Positions 58,519-64,000 of a stretch of DNA of 64,000 nt are shown in pieces. Each line of letters begins with the position of its first letter. The first letter of the stretch is position 1. A program made the position numbers and the translations under genes. Origin of the DNA: Spirochaetia bacterium (GTDB lineage: Bacteria > Spirochaetota > Spirochaetia > DSM-2461); NCBI GenBank assembly GCA_963666985.2, contig CAXXIA010000002.1, positions 2,624,001 to 2,688,000 of the forward strand. Direction: 5' to 3'. The notes under the pieces were generated by a model. It did no database searches and was not told where the DNA came from. It saw only the letters and a list, made by a program, of their open reading frames with translations.

Positions 58519-59502
58519 TTACATCAGCGATCGGAAAAATTCCATATCGGCGTCCATTACCCGGTAAAAACTGCTTGATATATTGTGGTCTTCTCCGGGA
58601 TATTCGAAGAATCTATAGTTCACTCCGGCGGCATCCAGGTTGGATCGGAATGGGATACTCCATTCGAATGGAACCGATTCGTCAGCCGTACCATGATGGA
58701 TGAGCATGGGAACTGAAATGGAATCCAGGTAGGAATTCGGCGTTAGACTGGGGTAGTGTTTTTTAGAAAAAGCTGATTCGATCTGAACTTGGAGATTCTT
58801 TGCCGCTTCTGCATTCCGGCGTCTGATAAAATACAGCGTGTTTTCCGGGAAATCCTGAGTAACCGCCGCCCATAGGGTTGCTCCTTTGATGGTGGTGTCT
58901 ATTGTAAGAATACGAAGGGATATCTCTCCGCCCATGGAATGACCGTAGAGAAATATGTTATCCGTATCCGCTCCGGGGATTTTATTAAGATCGGCCAGAA
59001 GATTGAGAACATCGATTGAATAATCAATTGTTCTTGATAGACTCCGTTCCCCAAGACCTTCCGAGCGTCCGTGACCCCGATAATCCGGCTTTATCACGAG
59101 AAATCCGCCTGCGGCATAATAACGGGTAACCATTCTGTAATGTTCCGTAGTGGAGTAGATATCCGGGTTGATGTGACCGTGTGCAAGAAGAATCACCGGT
59201 CGGCCGTATTCCGGGGCATCTCCTTCCGGGCCCTCGATTAATCCGTAATTTCTGTTGCCGTCGCTGATATAGGAGAATTCCCGGGCATAAAGACCCTCGG
59301 CCGCGGGAACCGTATTTAAGAGTTGAAAATCTTCCATACCGTAGGAACGCTGCCGAAGAGCGGGGATGCTTAAAGGATGCAGTCCGGTTCTATCGGGAAG
59401 CGGCTGCGGCGCCTGGACGGATATCGTCATTTCCGGAGATGCCGCTCCGTTCCTTGCGCAGCCTATAAGAACCAAAACGATCGGAAGAATGATCTTATTC
59501 AT
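58519..59502 (-). CDS. alpha/beta hydrolase (S9 peptidase-like) lipoprotein
   Basis: Lipobox LIGC, PDYRGHG, GHSMGG, HGTADESV, GEDH. Start may be 59520. Confidence 0.85.
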   Translation of the reverse strand: MNKIILPIVLVLIGCARNGAASPEMTISVQAPQPLPDRTGLHPLSIPALRQRSYGMEDFQLLNTVPAAEGLYAREFSYISDGNRNYGLIEGPEGDAPEYGRPVILLAHGHINPDIYSTTEHYRMVTRYYAAGGFLVIKPDYRGHGRSEGLGERSLSRTIDYSIDVLNLLADLNKIPGADTDNIFLYGHSMGGEISLRILTIDTTIKGATLWAAVTQDFPENTLYFIRRRNAEAAKNLQVQIESAFSKKHYPSLTPNSYLDSISVPMLIHHGTADESVPFEWSIPFRSNLDAAGVNYRFFEYPGEDHNISSSFYRVMDADMEFFRSLM

Positions 59503-59650
59503 TGCATTTTTTAATTTCATAGTAATATTGTAATAATATAGAGAATCTGAGATTTCTGTTTTCTGTTACATTTTTGTCATGTTCCTATTCAATACTTTGA
59601 AAACAGTCGACTACCGGGATTTTGAGAGTTTACTGATTGCTTGTATCGTT

Positions 59651-60886
59651 TCACGCAGGTTCGAATTTCAAAGACACGATCCGCTTCTTTTTAACTTCCA
59701 GAACCGTATAGCGTCCTTCGGAACACGTGAGGACTGTTCCCGGCGTGGGGATTCGTTCGAGTTTCTCCAGCAAATATCCGCCGATTGTGTGCGTTCTGCT
59801 GTCGTGTTCCAAATTGAGTCCCAAAGTATCGGCGATGTCGTAAAAGTCGGCATCGCCCTGCATAATCCAGCCGCCGCTTTCATCGGGGATAATGGGATCG
59901 TCTCCTCCGGATTCCCTTTCATCGTACAGCTCGCCGAAGATTTCTTCCATGATGTCTTCTCTGGTTACAATGCCGTCCAGGCCTCCGTACTCGTCGAGAA
60001 CCACGGCAAGATGAATGGGCTCTTTTTTGAGTCGGAAGTAGAGTTCGTGAGCCTTCATCGTTCCGGGGACGAGGTAGGGCGCTGAAGCTATTGTTTTTAT
60101 CATGGCGCCGGGAGTTTTTTTCATGGCGCCCGCGAGGTCGGTAAGGGCAATTGATCCTGTTACGTGTTCTCCGTCTTTTTTAAGAACCGGAGCGCGGGAA
60201 TGTCCGGATTCGACAAAGCGGTCCATCGCTTCCGAGACGCTCATATCCTCGACGAGAGAGAACAGGTCGGTTCTATGAGTCATGATGGCTTCGACCGGCG
60301 TGTCGTTGATTCGAAAGACATTCCGAACCATTTCTTTTTCGAATGATTCCACAACACCCTCATTCTCAGCCGCTTTAACATGGTGCAGCAGGAATTCCAG
60401 TGTTAATTTGGGTGTTTCCTTTCCGGCGATCATTCGCGTGAGCGTACCGCTGATGGCGGTGACGATCCTGATGACGGGCCGGAAAATCCAAGAGAGAAAC
60501 CTTACCGCACGGACACTGCGGAGTGTGAGCTTTTCCGCGGTTTTCAGGGCAATCTGTTTCGGGGTGACTTCACAGAATATGAGAACCAGCAGCGTGAGAA
60601 TCCCCGTAGCCGCGGCAACGTAGGTATTTCCGAAGAGACGGATGGTCATGGATGTCGTCAGAGCGGAAGCGCCGATGTTGGCCAAGTTGTTGCCGATCAG
60701 AAGCGTCGTCAGGAGGATATCGGGCCGATCCGTCATGTTTTTAACAAGCCGGCCCCGTTTCCCTCGGTTTTCGGACATTGCGGAAATTTGTCCCGGAGTG
60801 AGCGAGGTGAAGGCCGTTTCAACCGATGAGAACAGAGCCGATGCAAGAATTAGCAGAATAAGAAACGCGAGCAGCCAGGCTGTCAT
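59651..60886 (-). CDS. HlyC/CorC-family (DUF21-CBS) membrane protein
   Basis: FSSVETA, LIGNNLAN, CEVTPK, HSRAPV, VLDEYGG, EDIMEEIFGE. Start is uncertain (up to 60961). Confidence 0.9.
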   Translation of the reverse strand: MTAWLLAFLILLILASALFSSVETAFTSLTPGQISAMSENRGKRGRLVKNMTDRPDILLTTLLIGNNLANIGASALTTSMTIRLFGNTYVAAATGILTLLVLIFCEVTPKQIALKTAEKLTLRSVRAVRFLSWIFRPVIRIVTAISGTLTRMIAGKETPKLTLEFLLHHVKAAENEGVVESFEKEMVRNVFRINDTPVEAIMTHRTDLFSLVEDMSVSEAMDRFVESGHSRAPVLKKDGEHVTGSIALTDLAGAMKKTPGAMIKTIASAPYLVPGTMKAHELYFRLKKEPIHLAVVLDEYGGLDGIVTREDIMEEIFGELYDERESGGDDPIIPDESGGWIMQGDADFYDIADTLGLNLEHDSRTHTIGGYLLEKLERIPTPGTVLTCSEGRYTVLEVKKKRIVSLKFEPA

Positions 60887-61173
60887 TCGGCGGATTGGAC
60901 GGCGGCGCGAGATGAAAACGCGCCGGATATAGGCAGGGGATCTTCCATAGATCTTTATCATCCCTTATCGGAGGCGGAGGGACAAGAGGCGGCGGGAAAT
61001 CCATTATCCGGTCGGTATGCCGGTTTCCCGAAAACGTTTCAGAGGGGAGGCGATTTCAAAAATCAGCGATTTTTGAAATAAAACCTTATATAACAGCCTG
61101 TTGATATGATGTGAACTGTAAACCCCCAACCGATTATTTTTTCCCAGAGCCCTCCTCATGAGTGTCTCGGAGA

Positions 61174-61380
61174 GAAGAGCACGAATAAGAGCCCGGCAGC
61201 AAATAACGACGGTTGATCACTCTGATATTCGTGGATCAAGCCGAAGGCCCGCCTACATGGTCGTGATCCGTCGGGAGCTGCCTCAGACTAAAGGCGCGGG
61301 TCCGGCCGATATCGGCCTGTCGCATAGCAGGCGCGAGGATTCTCCTTTCCGTGTGCTGCCGGGCCCTCATTCGTGCTCTC
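61174..61380 (-). ncRNA. putative seekRNA/bridge RNA of the IS1111-type element
   Basis: About 26-bp enclosing stem (61174-61200 with 61355-61380). Two internal-loop domains carry matches to the target flanks and the circle junction. Confidence 0.7.
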
Positions 61381-61395
61381 CTGTTTTCATATCCG

Positions 61396-62535
61396 TTAGG
61401 CTATGACTTCCTGGTGCTTGGATTCAACAGTTGTACCGATCGCCCAAACAAACCCAATGAGATCTCGAGCTACAGCAGTAATCACTTGCTGCTTTGTCTT
61501 CCCACGACCAAGAAGCCTCACGTACCTGGAATGAAGCCTGTGGCGAGCGGTGCCGGCAATCTCAATGACTTCGGCGCTGAGCCCCTCTTGGCGTGCCCGC
61601 AACCTGGGAGTCAGAGTTGGCTGAAATCGTGCCGACCAAGCCGCCTCGACAAGCACCCGGCGGAGGTGCGTGTTGCCTGTCTTGCTTATCCCTCCTCGCC
61701 GAACTCTCTCACCACTGGAGTGTTCACTGGGAACCAGACCGCTGTAACCCATGGCCTGCCGGGCGGTAGGGAATCGTGATAACTGACCAACTTCCGACAC
61801 GATGGTTACGGCGCTGATTTTCGCGATACCTCGCAGTGCCTGGAGGGCCGCTATCACCTCCTGCATGGACTCCGGAGCATTTTCCACGACCTCGTCGATG
61901 AGTTTCTCCAGGCGTTCGATTCGTTGGCCTTGGTGATGGATCTCATCCAGGTAGTCTGCCAGAGTTGCCTGTTGAGCGTACTGTTCGAATTTTACCTCTT
62001 TGCGTATCCATTCGAGGTAACGCTGCGTCCATGCTTTCATCTTCACTGTCGGACGTTTGCCATGCCTGAGCAGGAACTTACTCAGACGATGCCGAGCTCG
62101 AAGCTGATCCTGTTTTGCAGCTTCCCGTGCTCGGACCAGATCTCGAAGAGCCTCGTGTTCGGCGTCTGGCACCCAGACCGAAGTAAGGTCTCCTGCTCGG
62201 TAGGCTCGAGCCAATCGCTCGGCATCCCGCCGGTCAGTCTTGATCCGGTCACCGGGTTTCACCGGGATGAGTGTCGGGGCTACTACCTCACAGGTGCAGC
62301 CCAACTTCGTCAGCTGCCAGTACAATGCGTACCCGGTAGGTCCAGCTTCATAACAAGCCGTCCAAGTCGATTTCGGCCCCAGCTTGCCAAGCAGCTTCTT
62401 GATGCTCGGTTCCCGATTCGGGATGATACCGAGGTTTCTGACTTCTCCCCCGTTGGCTTCGGCAACCGCCACTGCAATTGTTTCAGCGTGAACGTCCAAA
62501 CCTACAAACCGCCCCACCGTCGTGTTAAGCTTCAT
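61396..62535 (-). CDS. IS110-family DEDD recombinase/transposase
   Basis: GLDVH, CYEAG, KTDRRDA, GLVPSEHSSG (catalytic Ser region), GNTHLR. Confidence 0.95.
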   Translation of the reverse strand: MKLNTTVGRFVGLDVHAETIAVAVAEANGGEVRNLGIIPNREPSIKKLLGKLGPKSTWTACYEAGPTGYALYWQLTKLGCTCEVVAPTLIPVKPGDRIKTDRRDAERLARAYRAGDLTSVWVPDAEHEALRDLVRAREAAKQDQLRARHRLSKFLLRHGKRPTVKMKAWTQRYLEWIRKEVKFEQYAQQATLADYLDEIHHQGQRIERLEKLIDEVVENAPESMQEVIAALQALRGIAKISAVTIVSEVGQLSRFPTARQAMGYSGLVPSEHSSGERVRRGGISKTGNTHLRRVLVEAAWSARFQPTLTPRLRARQEGLSAEVIEIAGTARHRLHSRYVRLLGRGKTKQQVITAVARDLIGFVWAIGTTVESKHQEVIA

Positions 62536-62910
62536 ATTGCCCCCCTCGTATGTAGCTCTGCGCTACTGTGTGTCTCACAAAAGCGTAACCTACGCGTTTG
62601 CGAGTGGGGGCATTCGGTTCACATCATTGTGACTAAAGGGGTTTCAACCGTCGGTTCCAAGCAATTTCATGAATTATGAAATTGCCTCAGGGGTGAATTA
62701 TTCTTCTCATAACATGCCGGATACGGCAAACGAGAATGATTTGTTTCGCCGATTAGGTCAGGTCGGACAGACGGAATTTTCGGCTGCCTGGGATTTTCTC
62801 GGCCGAAAGCATCGATCCGTTTTTCAATTCGGCCTTAAAAATCTTGCCGCCGACCCTGCTGTCTTAGTATCTTTTTTGACGATATTTCCACTTACGCAAG
62901 GACACAAAAC

Positions 62911-64000
62911 ATGGCCAAAAGAAAGTTCAAGACGGAAGTCAGTCAGCTGCTGAACCTGTTAATTCATTCCCTTTATTCGCATAGCGAAATATTCCTTCGG
63001 GAACTCATTTCCAATGCATCCGATGCCTTGGACAAGCTGAAGTATCTCACTCTTACGGATGAAGGACTTAAAAATCTCGCTTTTAATCCGCGTATCGATA
63101 TCCGAATCGACGGACGGGGAAGCGGAACTCTCGTGATTGAGGACAACGGCATCGGCATGAACGATGAGGATTTGTCCGAGTCGCTTGGAACCATCGCCCG
63201 CTCGGGAACGAAAAACTTCATGGAGAAGCTCACCGGAGACGCCAAAAAGGATTCCAACCTCATCGGCCGTTTCGGTGTGGGATTCTATTCGTCGTTCATG
63301 GTGGCCGACAAGGTTGAGGTGATTTCCCGAAAGGTGGGTGAAGAGAAGGCCTATAAATGGATCAGCGACGGCGAGACCGGCTTTACTATTGAAGACGCCG
63401 AAAGAGAGACGCAGGGAACCACTGTTATTCTGTATCTGAACGAAACCGGTAAAGAGTATGATTCGCAATGGAAAATCAGTTCCGTCATCAAGAAGTATTC
63501 GGACCATATAGCCTTCCCCATTCATCTGCACTGGACCCAGACAACCGGTTCCGGGGACGATGAGAAAACCGAAGAGAAAGAAGAGCAGGTTAATGCCGCC
63601 AGCGCTCTCTGGAAAAGGCCTAAGTCCGAATTGAAGGACGAGGACTATAATGAGTTCTACAAGACCTTATCCCACGAAACCGATGATCCGATGTTTCGCA
63701 TCCACACCCGTGCCGAAGGAACCTTGGAATACACCACGCTGTTTTTTATTCCGAAAACCGCTCCTCCGGATCTGTATTACGCCGATTACAAGCCCGGAGT
63801 GAAGCTTTATGTAAAGAGGGTGTTCATCACCGATGACGAAAAGGAGCTTCTGCCGGTTTGGCTGCGCTTTGTCCGGGGAGTTATCGATTCGGAAGATCTG
63901 CCTCTGAATGTGAGCCGTGAAATTCTTCAGCAGAACAAGGTGATGGCCAAAATTCGGGAAGCTTCGGTGAAGAAGCTGCTCAGTGAATTCCAGAAGTTCT
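62911..64000 (+). CDS. htpG: molecular chaperone HtpG (Hsp90), 5' part, runs off window
   Basis: [42 protein letters not shown]..., [33 protein letters not shown]. Confidence 0.95.
   Translation, partial: MAKRKFKTEVSQLLNLLIHSLYSHSEIFLRELISNASDALDKLKYLTLTDEGLKNLAFNPRIDIRIDGRGSGTLVIEDNGIGMNDEDLSESLGTIARSGTKNFMEKLTGDAKKDSNLIGRFGVGFYSSFMVADKVEVISRKVGEEKAYKWISDGETGFTIEDAERETQGTTVILYLNETGKEYDSQWKISSVIKKYSDHIAFPIHLHWTQTTGSGDDEKTEEKEEQVNAASALWKRPKSELKDEDYNEFYKTLSHETDDPMFRIHTRAEGTLEYTTLFFIPKTAPPDLYYADYKPGVKLYVKRVFITDDEKELLPVWLRFVRGVIDSEDLPLNVSREILQQNKVMAKIREASVKKLLSEFQKF

Larger units (their letters stand above)
61105..62632 (-). mobile_element. IS110-superfamily element, IS1111 type
   Basis: Sub-terminal IRs ATGATGTGAAC (61106-61116) / GTTCACATCAT (62617-62627), GA core at both junctions (61103-61104 and 62631-62632), long non-coding region downstream of the transposase. 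Confidence 0.88.

Noticed and set aside
62959..63531. 190-aa minus-strand ORF
   Set aside because: It is the antisense shadow of htpG, which is absent from the ORF track only because it runs off the window.

Overview
This 64-kb window looks like chromosome from an anaerobic, carbohydrate-using spirochaete (Spirochaetaceae-like). That is inferred from CheX, the long RarA fusion, many lipoproteins and overall gene content. Gene content: (i) two sugar ABC clusters with a NarL-type two-component system and a GH42 beta-galactosidase; (ii) tRNA-His and tRNA-Arg(UCG), followed by an array of ~200-bp structured units that each repeat the tRNA 3' end, one interrupted by an IS1182; (iii) a LysR-controlled catabolic operon of unknown substrate (OYE-family flavoenzyme, ABC importer, DUF35 + SCP2-type thiolase, VOC protein, beta-keto-acid cleavage enzyme); (iv) housekeeping genes (pseudouridine synthase, rarA, 5-formyl-THF cyclo-ligase, lnt, pepD, sbcB, MarR/MATE, cheX, two SDRs, Fe-ADH, GH9, MCP, trpB2, nifS/nifU, HlyC/CorC, htpG partial); (v) a DUF1566/C-type-lectin lipoprotein gene with a DGR-like variable region, split by an IS21; (vi) an IS110-superfamily (IS1111-type) element whose non-coding end carries readable guide matches to its own insertion site, inserted in a MITE that also occurs as an empty copy in the window. 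The most novel-looking signals are the tRNA-anchored structured-unit array (9741-11921), the 34-bp palindrome units flanking the MCP gene, the orphan DGR target and the uncharacterised catabolic operon. All calls come from reading the sequence and translations by eye; no searches were run.
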